Assembly: GCA_965644295.1 (NCBI GenBank)
Contig: CBFFRP010000412.1
Span: forward strand, 144,637 to 208,636
From: Paraphysomonas bandaiensis
Lineage: Eukaryota; Protista; Chrysophyceae
Direction of reading: 5' to 3'
Length of the DNA: 64,000 nucleotides
Positions 27,801 to 42,800 of this stretch are shown in pieces. Positions within the stretch are counted from its first letter, which is position 1; every line of letters starts with the position of its first letter. The notes beneath the pieces are model-generated. The model was not told the origin of the DNA and searched no databases. It worked only from the letters and a program-made list of their open reading frames with translations. The translations under genes were made by a program, and so were the position numbers.

Positions 27801-30800
27801 AGATGGAGCTGGACAGCGCCCACACTACTCTCTGCGATCTCTCACGCGTGCCCTCAAAGCATGCAATAACTTCATGAATATGGGTTTCCGACCATTGTCG
27901 CGTGCTTTGTACGAAGGTTTTGCATTAAGCTTTCAGACACAATTGGACCATGTGAGTAGCAGGTTTATGCGGACATTTCTCATGCAATGTCTGCAAGTGA
28001 AAGATGGTAAGAGCATGCTGATGCCTCCTTCTCGACCAGGTGGACGCAAGTCGCAGGCATCTGAGTGGACATTGGTGAAACCCTACTGGATTCGATCTGG
28101 CCCTCGTCCACCAGTTGAGTGGACAGAGCCTGATGCCAGAGGGATTGTCAGATTTGTCATGACCCCTAACGTCGAGGCGAATATTCGAGATCTAGCTCGA
28201 GCAGTCAGTGCCAACGTCACGTCGGTTCTGCTACAAGGTCCAACGAGTGTTGGAAAAACAACAATGATAGAATATCTTGCAGCCAAGTGTGGCTACCGCT
28301 GTATCCGTATCAATAATCATGAGCACACTGATGTGCAAGAGTATATAGGTGGATATGTGACAAGTAGTGATGGAAGTCTGGTCTTTAAAGATGGTATGCT
28401 TGTTGAGGCACTGAGGAGGGGTGATTGGATCATTTTGGATGAGCTCAATCTTGCGCCTTCCGATGTTTTAGAAGCACTTAATAGATTGTTAGATGATAAC
28501 CGTGAGTTGTATATTCCCGAGACAGGAGAGATAGTAAAACCCTCGCCGGGTTTTTTTCTCTTCGCTACGCAGAACCCCGCCGGAGCATATGGAGGGCGCA
28601 AACCCCTTTCACGTGCATTTAGAAATAGATTTATAGAAATTTATATCAGCGACCTTCCGTATAATGAGGTGGAGACTATAGTTGCTGCCACATGTGGGAT
28701 CGCACCGAAGTACAGCAAGATGTTGGTTGCTGTAATGAAAGAGATGCAGATGCGTAGGCAACAGTCGACTTTACTTCAGGGAAAGCATGGGTCGATTACA
28801 ACTCGCGATCTTATCAAATGGGGAAGGCGAAACTTGCATAGTGTCGATGATATTGTGCGTGAAGGCTATATGCTTTTGGCTGAAAGGCACAGAAGTGACA
28901 GCGAACGGAATGAAATTCTAGATATATTGATATCAATTTGCAAGTCATCCTCATTTGATTTGTCGGGTCTGTATGCTCTGCCCCAGGGATCGCCTGATTG
29001 TGATTCCCCACCAGAAAAATCTTGTCTGAAGGAGCTGCAGCAGTTGCAAATCAGCCTTCGTAACCATGAGGTTAAAGTGGAAGGCGTGACTGGATTAGCG
29101 CTAACATATTCGATCACACGATTGTGGACTATAGTCAGTAGGTGCCACGAGTTCAAGGAGCCTGCACTTTTGGTCGGAGAAACTGGTTGTGGGTGAGTTT
29201 ACTCTTCATTTATATTTTTTTACATAACCATTTGTGCAGCAAAACCACTGTGTGTCAATTGTTGGCTGCTTCAAAGGGTCAGAATATTCGAATAGTTAAT
29301 TGTCACCAATCCACTGAAACGGCTGATATCATTGGTGGTCTCCGGCCTGTGAGAGGGCGAGAGAGTCTTCTTGAAGAGGTGTTGACTGGAATTAAGAGGA
29401 TAGTTCATATTCATTGTACAAATGATGATGGGTTGGATAGGCAACGTAAAGGTCAACAAGATAGTTTTGCTCAATGTCGTTTGCTGATTGATGAGTGTCG
29501 AAGTGGTGAAAGAAAAGAACATGTCAACGAAACACTCATTGGAAATGCCGTAGGTGAAGTTATGATGCTGTTGAAGCAGCACGACTCTATCTGCTCATCC
29601 GAAAATTCCAGTGACAGTAGACCAAGCAAGAAGTCTAAAAATGGAGAATCGGCCGAGATTGTACGAAGTACTGTAGTTTCGTCATGCGAATCCGCATCGA
29701 GTTTATCAAATGATACAGTCGCGGATATGAAAAGATGCGTTTCCCAATGGCAGCGGTATATGTCTTTGTTTGAATGGCAGGATGGTCCGCTTGTGGAAGC
29801 TATGAAAAATGGCGACGTATTTGTGTTAGATGAGATTAATCTTGCTGAAGATGCAGTAATTGAGAGATTGAACAGTGTGTTGGAAAGCTCGCGGACCATA
29901 ACTCTCGCAGAGAAGGGTGGGCAATGTACAGATGGAAGTGAGCTAGATAGCAATGTTGTCATTACTGCACATCCGAACTTCCGTTTTTTTGCTACAATGA
30001 ACCCAGGGGATGACTTCGGGAAGCGCGAACTTAGTCCTGCATTGCGTTCAAGATTTACTGAAGTGTGGGTGCCAGGCGTGAATTCAACAGAAGATATTGT
30101 TTCTATAGTTCGTGAGATGCTTCCCCGCCTTGATGACATTGGTGGCACGAATGCGTCAGCTATAGCTTCGTTGATGGTTGATTTTATGCAATGGATCAAT
30201 GAAGAATCAAGTAAAACCACTATGGTTGGTATCAAGGTTTCTGTGCGAGAAGTTTTAGCTTGGGCTCGCTTTATTACCAGCTGGAAGTGTGAAGCAGCTG
30301 TTGATGTTTTTATCGCCTTTGTTCATGGTGCACAAATGCTGATACTTGATGGATTGGGAATAGGTCTGTCTATTTCAAGGGAACAAATAGAACGCCTGAA
30401 GTCGAATGGAATTGACAAGTTAGTGTCGATGTGCCCTATTCAATATCACCAGGCTGTATCCGAATCAGTTATAAGATCATCATCTGATATTACTGATCGA
30501 CATAAAGTGGCGGTAGAGAAGGACAAATTTCACGTGGGTTCCTTTTCTATTCCAATGGGGCCGAATGCAGAGAAGCCATCTTCCACTACTTATGTACTTG
30601 AAGCAAAAAGTACTGTTTTGAATTTTCAGCGAGTATTGAGAGCAATGCAGCTACCGAGACCTATTCTTTTGGAAGGTCCTCCTGGAGTGGTAAGTATATA
30701 TATATGTATTTTCATCGTTTATGTGACTTTCTGATATAGGGAAAAACCTCGTTAATTTCGAATTTAGCTATTTTAACTGGTCATAATCTTGTGAGGATCA

Positions 30801-33800
30801 ATCTGTCTGAGCACAGCGAAATATCCGATCTTATTGGCACAGACTTGCCGAATTCTGGTGTAGATTCCTCTGAGAGTGGGGGCGAAGGAAGTTCGGCGAA
30901 GTTTAAATGGTGCGATGGTGTGTTTTTGACCGCCCTCAAGAAGGGCGACTGGGTACTGTTGGATGAAATGAACTTGGCTCCCCAGTCTGTACTTGAAGGT
31001 CTAAATGCGTGTTTTGATCATCGTGGTGAAGTATATATACCTGAAATCGGCAAATCGTTTGCATGCGCCCCGTCTTTTCGAGTGTTTTGCGCTCAGAATC
31101 CTATGTCAGAAGGTGGAGGAAGGAAAGGCTTACCACAGAGTTTCTTGACACGTCTGTCACGCGTGTATGTTGAGCCGATGACTGCTGGTGATATGGTTCA
31201 AATAGCTGAAGTTGCATATTCTTCGAAGCTTTCTACGAAGTATTCAGTATTTATTGCAAAAATGGTCAGCTTTGTACAAAAACTTCAGGAAGATATTGCA
31301 GAGAAGAATCTCTATGGGCGGTCGGGTGGGCCATGGGAATTCAATTTGAGGGATGTATTTCGTTGGTGCGATATTGTGTATTCGAGAGCAACTGCGTCTG
31401 AGTATATGGACAATACGTCTCTCAGTCAATATATTGTTGCTGATGCCGCGAATATGCTGTTTGTATCACGCATGCGGACGCTGGATGACCGCTGGCACGT
31501 TAAGCAGGCGTTTGAATCCGTATTTGGATATTCATTGGATGTGGATATGGTACCCCTGGTTAATGTAGTGTCATCGTCAGACTGGAATTGCAGTGTACTC
31601 ATTGGCTGTGAAAATATGTCGTACAGTTCTACTGGCCTAAGTTTAATGAACACGTGTTCGATCAAGGTACTTTCCAGTATGATCATGCATGAACACGACA
31701 TGCCATTGCGTGGTGATTTACTCAAGCCGCTGGAGAGCATTGCTACATGTGTGAATTTGAATATCCCAGTTCTGTTAGTTGGGCACACAGGGAGTGGGAA
31801 GAGGCGATGCATTAGGCACTTGGCACATGTGACGGGGAACCTCACTCGTATGGTTGAATTCGCTGTAACACCATCGACGGATGCAACTGAGTTGTTGGGA
31901 TCATTTGAACAAGCCAATATTTACCGTTCTTTATATCGTGGAATGACTTTACTGGATAACCTGGCAGCCAGGCTTTCTATTGTGACGGTGTCTCTTAATC
32001 TCCCTGAGTTGAATGACGTTGTAGCTGTGCTCCTGTCAAGGTGTTTCGAGGCTACAGCTAGAGTTGAAAGCATCTCTGAAAATAATGCTATTATGTTACA
32101 CAAAGCAAAGGAGAAGAACAGTGATAATATATTTAACATGCTCAATGATTTAATAGCAACGTTTCACAATGCATTGGCTTTGTTACATAGTCACATTTCT
32201 TCTTCGACTGTTGTCACCTCAATTGCAATCAACTGCGCTGAGTACGTTGAGATATTGAACGAAGTTTTTGCAATTTTTGATAAATGCTGGAGTGATTGCA
32301 ACAGTCAAAGTTCCGCAGGAAATTTTGAGTGGGTTGATGGTGTAGTCGTAACCGCATTGGAGCGGGGATACTGGTTGCTGGTTGAAAATGTCAATTTATG
32401 CTCGGCTAGCGTTTTGGATAGGCTGAACTCTCTCTTAGAGCCCAGCGGAACGTTACTTTTAACTGAAAATGGCGAAGGGAGGATTGTAACACCACACGAA
32501 AACTTTCGAATATTCTTCTCGATGGACTCCACGTACGGGGAAATATCACGAGCAATGAGAAACAGATGTGTAGAAATTGCGTTGGTGACTTCGAAAGATG
32601 AATTTTCTGATACATATCGTACTTCTCATCCCGTAGGTAGTGATGGGGATGTTGCATCCGTGTATGCACAGTCTGAACTGTGTGCAATATACAGTGAAGA
32701 TGTGTGGCGAAGCCTATGCAATGTACACAACGAACTTTCTCGCTACACAACGAGTGGGGTTGGGCATGATATTCCTGTATATCGTATATTTGCTAGGGTA
32801 TGTCGCATGTTTCATCTTAATTATATGAGTGGAATTCCTGCGCGTAATGCACTGTCAGACGCTGTGTCGGGAGTTGCCCCGTTTATATCGGACGTGTTGA
32901 CCAATGGGAATGTATATACTACGGGGAAATTGGAAACCACTGCAGTTGGCCCCGCGGAGCGGATGTTTGCGCTACTTCAGTGCTGTCATGGAGTCTTACC
33001 CTCTGAGACTGTGAGCGCTCTTGTATTTTTTCTTATCTCCTTTTCTCGTGACACCATTGATATGCGGGACACTTCTGACTGGATTGTGCAGTGGATATTG
33101 GCTGTTGACCAAAGGAAGTCGTCTGTGCTTCCATCTGTAATTAGCCACCTGCGTACTAACGTAAAAGATTTCACGAAAGATACCCCATCGATCGATATTC
33201 TATCGGAGTTATGGAGCATGAACATTGTTATATCATGCCGTATTATACGCGACTTTGCTGTATCTGCTGTCAGAAGAGCCTATTCATATACCTATGACGT
33301 AGTACAGAAGCGGATACTCGACTGTGTTTTCCAATGGATGTGTTCTTTGCTCAATACATCTAATTTTGTAGAAGATATACGGGATTGTGACTCTACTCTG
33401 TGGATTGTAGAGTATATATCAGAATCGAAAATCATGGATTGGGTAGTCGCAAATACTTCTGTACTGAGTATCGCCTATAAACACACACAGACAGATATTG
33501 CTATTGCGAGGCGTGCTCATGCTCTCTTTCATGAGTCTACGGATTCGGCGTACTCAGTGGAAAACATGCGATTGCTTAAGCTGTATATTTCTTTTGTTGA
33601 AAAGTATCACCATGCACGGTGTCCAATACTCTGTGCTGAACAGCGACACACTGCTAGAGTTAAAAACGTTGTGCTTGGATTCTCGATGGCCGCCGAAGAT
33701 AGTCAATCATTTTCTTCAGTGTACTCTTGTTTGTACGAAGTTGCTGTAGCAGCAGCGTCCAATTCAAGTCATTTAAATGATTGCAGGGAGGCGTCCGTTT

Positions 33801-36800
33801 TATGTGCGATACAGCAGCTGCTTCTGAGTATTAACGATGCCTTTAAGCATGTGTGTAGGGTTGTGCTGGCTGTCGGTGTATCCAATGCACAGTGTCATAT
33901 TCAAGAATTTATTGATAGCTACGGTGATCTCGTGATACACAGAGATATTTTGTCACGGATCCTGATTGATGGAGTAGCGGACATGCGCCGGATGCCATGG
34001 GGTCATATCACAGTAGCTCTCAGGTGGATACAGAAGAAATTAAGTGTCATGTACAATCATTCCAAAGCATTGATCAGTTCGCATGTTGACGATGTTAACG
34101 CTGCAGTGAAAGTCGTCTGCAATCACTGTGGTACTATGCAAACAATACACCGGCGGTGCGATGCGGCAATTGCTTCGTACTGGCGAAAAACAGTGCCCTT
34201 TGACAAGGTTCGATTGTGGAAAGAGGGTGGACATGCAGCTTTACCTATTACGCTGAGTGACTGGTCGATAAGGAGTGCGATCTCGAGACTGCTATCTGTA
34301 ACTATGGGGCGTGTTCCTTTGCCAAGCTTCGTTTCCCCATGGCACGAGAAAATGGTACACTTAGTAGACAACCAGTATCAAACTCTGAACAATAGTGATT
34401 CAGGCGGGTTTGGTTCAGTTAGTTTTAATTCATTACGAAGAAATCCGCAGCTGATGCGAGAATGGCTCTGTCTGTTTAGTACATTTTACTGGAGCAATAC
34501 AAATGAAATTCCTCCTATAGAAAGCACACCAGCAGGATTTGTTGCTTCCAAACAATTCAGCAAGAGGAATCGAATCAGAGTCGACTTTGATAAACTTTTG
34601 TCTGCAATAGATGCCAAGTTCAAAAGCTCGATTGAAGCTTTATTGGGTGCTTCTAAAGTGGAGGAAATCGATGCAGGGGAATCAATGTATGAAAATAGTG
34701 TTACTAAATCTGAGTTCGACCGCAGCGTTGAGGTATCGAGTTCTCAAAAAATTGACGATGAAATTCGCCGTAACGGTTCGTTCTATTCGACTTTTCTTGC
34801 TGAGCCTGAGGCTATTCGAGGACTTATTTGTATTGTTGAACTTGTAGCGTCGATAAACACTCTCACAACTGCTACATCATTCAGCTCCCATGACTCCACT
34901 TGTGCTTTACATCGTCAGTTGGAGCTCAAAGGACTGTATTATGAATTCATTCTACCACTTCGGCACCACGCTGCTTACGTTCTTTCACTTACTTTACAGC
35001 ACACCCTTTATGATCCGCATTTATTGCGAGAGTTGCAAACGCTTGTGTGGTTCATTGATTCACTGTTTAAAGACGAGAAAAGTGAGAATTCTGGTAGTGA
35101 GAAGTCTTCTATGGCGTGGTCCGAAGAATCCATTCTTATTTTGAATAAGCTGTCTACCTCCTTTTCTATCATGCTTGATATTAGATTGCACTCAATGCTC
35201 TCGTACAACTTGTCCAATTCCCTTAATTTTGTCGAATTTTTTTGGGGAAGTAAAACGTTGGAGAAATTCAAAACTAATCCTTATCACCAACTCGAAGATG
35301 ACGGTAGCTCTGTGCATAACACGGAGTCAACATCACTTGTCGGTTGCACCGAAATGTATACAACTGGAATCTTAAGGCAGCTGCAACCTGTGTCGATAGA
35401 AGTAATCCTGCGCTTGCTTCACACCGAATCTATGAGACTTCCACTAAGTGACAATTCGACAATGCGATCGCTGACATATCATGACTCTTCTCCTCTCACA
35501 ATATCATCGTACGCTGAGGCGAGAAATAAACTCTTGGGCATGTATCGCATGTCTGTTCACACTGCCAACTCCAGGAAAGCCTGTGCGAATGAGTTTGGTC
35601 AATTAAAGCTCTTAGCATACTATACCATTGTAGTAATTAGAAGCTGTAGGGACTTTATCCACAGCGAAGTGTACGAGAAGTTCCAGTACATAGTGAGTCA
35701 AATTAAGAGTTCTCAAACTGTATCACTGGAGGTGTTCGAGGAACTGTCAGCTCTGAATGTTCAGCTGTACACCAGCAATGTCTATATAAGCAAACTGTTT
35801 GCCGACTGTTTGCCATCAATTTTTGATGTCCTTACATCAAGCTCAATTGTTTCTAATCCTGATGCCCATGTCGTTGATATTGGACTGGCATGGACTTGTA
35901 TTGGTATACTGCGGGTACACCTTTCAGTACCAGTGTCTCATGTAGACCCGGCGGTGAAGTCTGCAACCAAAGCGGAACTCCTCTCACACCATACGCGATA
36001 TATTTCAAACAGCTATATAACTGAGAAATTCGTCTGTTCAATTAAAGGTGGAGCATCGGTTATTCCTCCAATGCATGAATTGGAGTATGTCTATGTAAAT
36101 ATGGAGAGAAAAATATCTCGCTTACGGGACAATGCGATTGAGAGGCCGGATGACATTCCCCAGTTTACTGAAGTGTTTAGTGAGCTGAGAGAAGCTTGTG
36201 AAAGTCTTGTTATCAGTGATCGTATTCTGAACATAGCTTTATCGTGTAAAAAGAACTTGGAAATATTGAGGAGTGTGGAGTGGTCGAGTACGTCCTCTAT
36301 GAACTTAGCGAATAAACTTATGAATGAATTTAAGCATTTGTCGTCTGAGGAGCACGCATGGCAAGAATCTGTAAATGGCTTCTTGTCTCGACTTGATTCA
36401 ATATTCTGTGATTATGAAGACATTACCTCTCCCATAACTTCTGCTTTCCACAGTATATCCATGGGCCTTCGTATGGTAGTGGGATGGAGCTATGCCTTCG
36501 CGGAAGAGTGTTTTACAATGAAATCTTCCGATGCATTTGACACAATAGAATCCGCTGCTACAAATCTCTTTTCTATTCCATGTACAGCCAATATTTCTCT
36601 CAGTGAAGCTTCTAGAGATATTTTTAGTACTGTATGCGACACACTTACCCATACTAACTACCTATCCTTGAGAGCGACAAGACGATTACAGTCGGCGAGG
36701 GATGTGGACGTCACACAACCGAGCCCACGCTCTATCAACTCATTAGCTCCAAGTTTTTCTCGTATTGTAATGTTATCGAAAATTGATTACTATGTTGGAT

Positions 36801-39800
36801 GTGGTATTGTGAATCCTATGCAAGTATATGATTCTTTTTCCAAGATTCTTGAAAATTTTGCTGAAACTTATCGAGTGAAAGAGGCTGAGAGAAAGGAAAC
36901 TGAATTACGGAAGACAGCACTCTTTAGATACAAGGACAGTTCCGAAAATTCCACTTCAAGTAAATTCGGTAATTCAGATAAAACTTTTGAATCAAACGAT
37001 GAAAAAGAAGAAAACGAAGCACTGATGGCTAACTTTCCAAATCATCTTGTTATGTTCGATGATATTATCAGTGGAAATAACGACGCAGCGGAGTATGGTG
37101 ATATGGAAACTGATAGAACGGATGTCGCCTCTGCACCACAAGAATCTGATGGCCTTGTATTGGACGATAGGTGTGTTAGTACATTGATTAATCTGCATGC
37201 AAGAATGGTTTTGGTGCATCTTCCTCTGTCACTGAGCCTCAGGCGATGCATTTGGGAGCGTTCACAGCAAGAAAATACCGCTACAGTGCTGTCAACAAGT
37301 AATTCGAATGCTGCTAAATCGATAGCTAAAGATCCTGGTGTGGAGTACCGCGCATTTCACCTAGGTATCACAGAAACTAAAGAGTTTCGAAATTGTCTTC
37401 GTGGGAACCTCACGGAACACACAGTCTCACTTGGAAAATTGCTAGCTTGGGGAATTGGAAGAGCCATGGTTTCTTCTTTAGAAAAGACACTTCGTGGCTT
37501 GGGATTGGTTACGCTTTCAGCTGTCGCACAAGAGTGTAACGTCGAAAGCAATGAAATAAGTGGTTTTTCCTCGTGCTTGAGAAGTTTTGCAGATTATTAT
37601 GCGACGAATAACCAGCCGATTGATCGAGACTTACTCTTGCTGTTGGACTCGAGACCTGGGACGCCGTGGAACCCGCAAAACTTTCATACGGATGGTAACA
37701 GCAGCGAGGCAATTAAAGCTGCTCCTTGTGTGAGGAAAATGCTTCAGGCTGCAGTGAACCTACTGGTGAAATTTCCCGAGAACGAGTTTCTTTTAAATAT
37801 TTGTAAAATTTCTGCAAGAATTGCACAATTCTCTATTAAAGAGCCGATTGGAAAAATGTTAGCGTCGGTTCAATTATTGCTACGGAGTGCCCAGGATTGG
37901 GAGCAGTATGCGGCAAAGCACGTGTCCCTACAAGAGCCAATGCAGGATTTAACCTCAATAATAACTCACTGGAGAACACTAGAATTGAAGTCCTGGGCGG
38001 ATCTATTGCGATGCCGAGAAGTTGTATTCGCAGAGCGAGCTCGGAGATTCTGGTTTTCACTCTATGGTGTCTTAAATTCGCTGCCTGAATTATCCGCTAA
38101 GGATATTCCTACTGAGCCGTTGTTTTCTGGGACGACGACATGGAAATCTCTATATGCGTCAACTCCAACATGGTTTCATCTACAGAATAGTACTACCCCA
38201 GACGTTCTATCGGCACTTGGTGGTCATTACAACAAGAAAACAGATTCCAGTACAAAGCGAAAAGCGGCAAAGTTGAAAAAGCTCTATCGTGTTTCTTATG
38301 AAAACGAGGCCAGAAGTAGTTTCAACGAATCCGAGTATCTCAAGACAGTATTCGATACATTGGATGGGTTCTTGAGATCATGTGTTGTTGGTGAATTTCC
38401 AACTCGCTTACATTTGGTGCGCCTGTTTTCACTGGAATTGATGCAAACTTCTTCTGTGTCATACTTCAGTGATTTCGATGTATCAACTGTTGAAGACTAT
38501 AAAAAGCTCCTGAAAGTCAAATTAGCGTTTGTATCGTATGGTTTATGGCAGTATTATTCTCAATTTCTTCCTTCCATCAGAAAGTTTCAAGACCTTTTAA
38601 AAAGCCCGATTGAGAAGCGTCTGAAAGATGAAATTAAAATAAGCAAATGGGACCAAATGAATGCCTATGCTGTGATGGAGCACTCTGAGAGAGTACATCG
38701 TAAGCTAAATAAAATAATTAGAGAATATGAGGGAGATGTGCTTGAATATCCGATATCTGCTATATTGCATAAGGAGATCATGGGTGATTTCGTTTCCGAA
38801 CAGGGTGAGCTTCAACCGTCAACAACAGTTCCGCCACATGTGATGATTTTTCCGACACTTGAATTACCTTCAGCGACACCTTCAACATCAGAGAGTGTTT
38901 CGGCTCATTTGTCGTCCAGTAAAAATGCAGATGATTCTGTAACGTCGGAGTATGAAGACGACGAAGGTGGTGATACAAATAAAACTTTGACCAGCAGTGT
39001 TCCGTGTCCTGTGTATATTGAATTGAAAGACTATGCTCCGACAGTATTGTTACATGTCTCTCGGCTGACTTCCTTTAATAGCTATGCATCAATTCCGACT
39101 ACACTTCCGGAACGTTGCCATCGGCTTTATCAAACTCAAAAGTTATTTACGAAAGTATCTCTGTATTTGCATGATATATTTGTGTTAAGTTCGTATACGA
39201 AATCCACTGGCACGACTATTAAAACTGAGAATGATTCAACCGGAGACTCTCAGTCCAATAGCTATTACGGCAAGCTCAGGTATGGTCTTATGGCAGCTGA
39301 AGTGTCGGAAAACATGTGTGCCAATATATTCTACCGCATAGAGGTGTTGCGGTCATCTGTAGATTATACGCCCAGGAGTGTTAAGCATCGAGCTTTTGGT
39401 GATCTTCTGCGGCGGCTGAAGGAAGAAGGTATAACTCATCTGCGAAGTGAAGTCCCACCTCAAGTCAGAGTACCTGTGGATGTGTTTTCTGTACAACCAC
39501 TTCTTCCTGTGGAAATCGCTGTGGATCTTGGCTTGTCAATATATAGTGCAACTAAACGCTCAGAGGATTCAGAAACTTTCCTTCAGTCAATCATCGATAA
39601 ATCTGAGAGCTATTTTTATCGCAATATCTGTGAGATTAATCAAATGAGATCCCAAGCCGCAGCGCCTATCTCGAGCGATATTTCTCAACGTGAAGTGCAA
39701 ATAATGCTGGGCCAAGCTGAGAACATGTTTTTCTCGCTTTTAAAGCATCGAACTGCGATTGGTGCAGCGTTGCATGATATTCACTCGCTGTTGTCTGTAA

Positions 39801-42800
39801 AAGATAAGTTGCACACGCTGCTTTCAATGGATGGACTCGCAGAATCTTGTTCTGTAATTCCTAATCAAGAAACGTTGAGGTGTATATGGGAATATCGACA
39901 GAGGGCTGGAAATTTACTTTTCAGCTCACTTGCGGAGCTAAACGAATTACTGATATCTGCTGCTGTGGTAAATTCTGAGAAGCAGGTGGATGATTCATAT
40001 GGGTTAGACATCTGTATGGAGGATGATATTGTACAACGTATCCCTGACTGGCAAATGAAGTCAGCAATCGATGGGCTGAATAGTTTTCTTCGTGTTTTGG
40101 AAAGCTTCGTCGCATGTAATCTGCGCACTTCACCTGATGAGTGTATCACTGAGAATGCGTGGTCATCTGTTGGAATAAACATCGTGGGCATGCGCCGTGC
40201 TAATACTCTTGGTTTTGTATTTGGAGTTGGTGACGTGACGAAACTAATCGAGTCATCCAATGTGTTAGAAACGAATAGGACTGACATGGAGAGTGTCTTT
40301 CACTATCTCAAGAATATTTTATCTGAAGATGTAGTGGATAAAGTGGTAGAGCAGTACAAGGACTTCATGCAAGAAATTGGAAATCAGCGAAAACAATTGG
40401 ACGGTATGCTCTCGCTTTGCTCACGAGGTGATGACAGTAATAGCACGGCACTTGTAAACAACTCCGCTGGCACACTAGCCAATGTCGTAAATATGTGCCT
40501 TGTGTCAGTACAAGAACTTCGTACATTAGCCGGAAGGGTTCCAGCCGCAGACACCAAGGAAACTATATCACAAAGAATTGACTGTTTCGGTAATTCTGTA
40601 CCGATTCCACAATGGTCAGATCAAAAGGACGCATTCGATAGCGGCTCGGATGTGTCCTTGACGGAGAGCTTTAGAATGAGTTCTCTCTCTTTTTCTGCTC
40701 TTAAAGTTGCTGATGTATCCTCAAGTCTGAATTCGTTTTTGAATTCCTTGTCCTGTGCTTCTTCTGAATTAAACTCGATTCAAGGAGACCCTGCGCATGT
40801 ATTACGGACATTGTTTTTTAACGTAGCCCCTCTTTTAGACTGCCTGACCGCTGCGTCCAGAATACTTGTACAGGACATGTTGGCATCGTATAAGTCTTGT
40901 GGGAAGCTTTTATACATATGTCTACGCGTGTTTCGCGTTTTATTAGCGAAGGGATTTTGTGCTGACACAACCAAGGAAGGGGATGGTGGAGGTGAAGGCT
41001 CCGACGATATTTCCAATATGATATTTGAGGACGATGTAGAAGGCACTGGTATGGGTGAGGGAGACGGTTCTAAGGATGTCAGCGACCAGATCGAAAATGA
41101 AGAGCAGTTGTTGGGATTGAAGGGTGAAAAACCGGACACCGAAAAGGATGCCGGTGATAAGAAACTCAATGAAGAAGAGCGGGATCAAGGTGTTGAAATG
41201 ATGCAGGACTTTGATGGTGAAATGTACGATCTCCCTGAAGAAAAGGAGGACGAGAAGAAAGAAGATGACAATGAAGATGATGGAGAAGATCTGGATCGTG
41301 AAATGGGAGGTGAGTTGGACATGGATAATATTGTCGATGAGAAACAGTGGGGCGATGATGAGGACGAGGAAGACGGACCACAAGATGACGAGACGTTTGA
41401 GAAAGACAGCAAAATGCAGGGTGAAACTATCGATGGCGAGATGACAACCAAGACAGATGAAGACGAGCCTGAAAATAGGGACAATGAGGCATCTAAGCCA
41501 GATAAATCCACTGCAGATGATGGTGGTGCTGATGAAAACGAGGGGCCTGAAGAAGAGAACATAAATGAGGAGGCACAACAGGATAAACCTTTAGGTGTCG
41601 ATGTGCAACAAGATCCACAAAAGGATGACGGGGAGGTCCCAGATGAAGCATCCGATGGCGAGGGTGATGAGGGAGGGCTTGGAGAAGAAGATGCCGCACA
41701 GGGAGAACAGCCAGAAGGTGAAGATTTACCTGATAACATGGAGCTCGGGGATGATCAGAGTGATGGTGATGCTGAAGACAATGGGGCCGAGCCGATGGAA
41801 ATACAACCAGAAAACGATGAGGAAGGCTCAGGTGATGAATCTCCCGCAGAGGACGATGAGAATGACGATGTAAGTGAAGCAGAAGATGGGCCAGAGAAAT
41901 CTCAAACGCTTGGCGGTAGTGGGTCAATGAACGATCCTAATGATGCGGAGAAGCCTCAGGACGAGGAAGATGACCAGAATGACGAGGATGCTGAAATGGA
42001 CAGAAATCCTTTGTCGAATCCGGAACATAAGAACGCTGCCCCAGTTTTTGGGGTTCAGTCAATGACTGGAAAAGATTCAGTGTTGAATGCTGAGGATGAG
42101 GTGCATGATGATACTGGTGAAAATGAGGCAGAAGCAGAAGAGGGCATAGATAATACAAAAGAACCTTCTGGAGGAGCTGCATCTAGCGGTCATGGTGCAC
42201 AGTCGTCATCCAATGAGGACGAATCCGACAAGCAGCCAGAGAATCCGAAAAATTCTGCGACATCTGGGGCGTCATCAGCTGGTGGTCAAAATACTGAGGG
42301 TCAGGGCAGCGACAAAAAGCAGAAGGACCGACGGACAATGGAACCACCGAATCCTTTCCGCAAGCAGGGTGACATAACGGAAATGTGGCACAAGAGGCTG
42401 AATATAGAGTCTACTGCGGACGAAGCGGATGAATCTAATCAACAGAGAAGTCAGGATGATGGAATGGGGTCTTATGAGTACGAGAGAGAGACCGCTGAGG
42501 AGGGAGAGAGTAAAGATAGTGGTGGGATGCAAACACTTGCGGAAGCCAGTGAGAAAGATGTTTCTCAGCTTCCTCAGGCTAATGAAGACGAGAATGGAGA
42601 AGATGGTGCTCAAGAAATGAGTGATGAGGAGGGAGAAAATGATGAGAATGATACTAAAGAACCGCCGAGTACAGCCCGTAGCGAAAAGAGGGATCGAGAA
42701 AGAGCTGCGGCTGAAGATAATCTGTATGACGACTCCGACGAGAGCGCAACAAAGCGAAAGCGTGCAAACCCAACCCTTGAAGACTCTGACGATAGCGACG

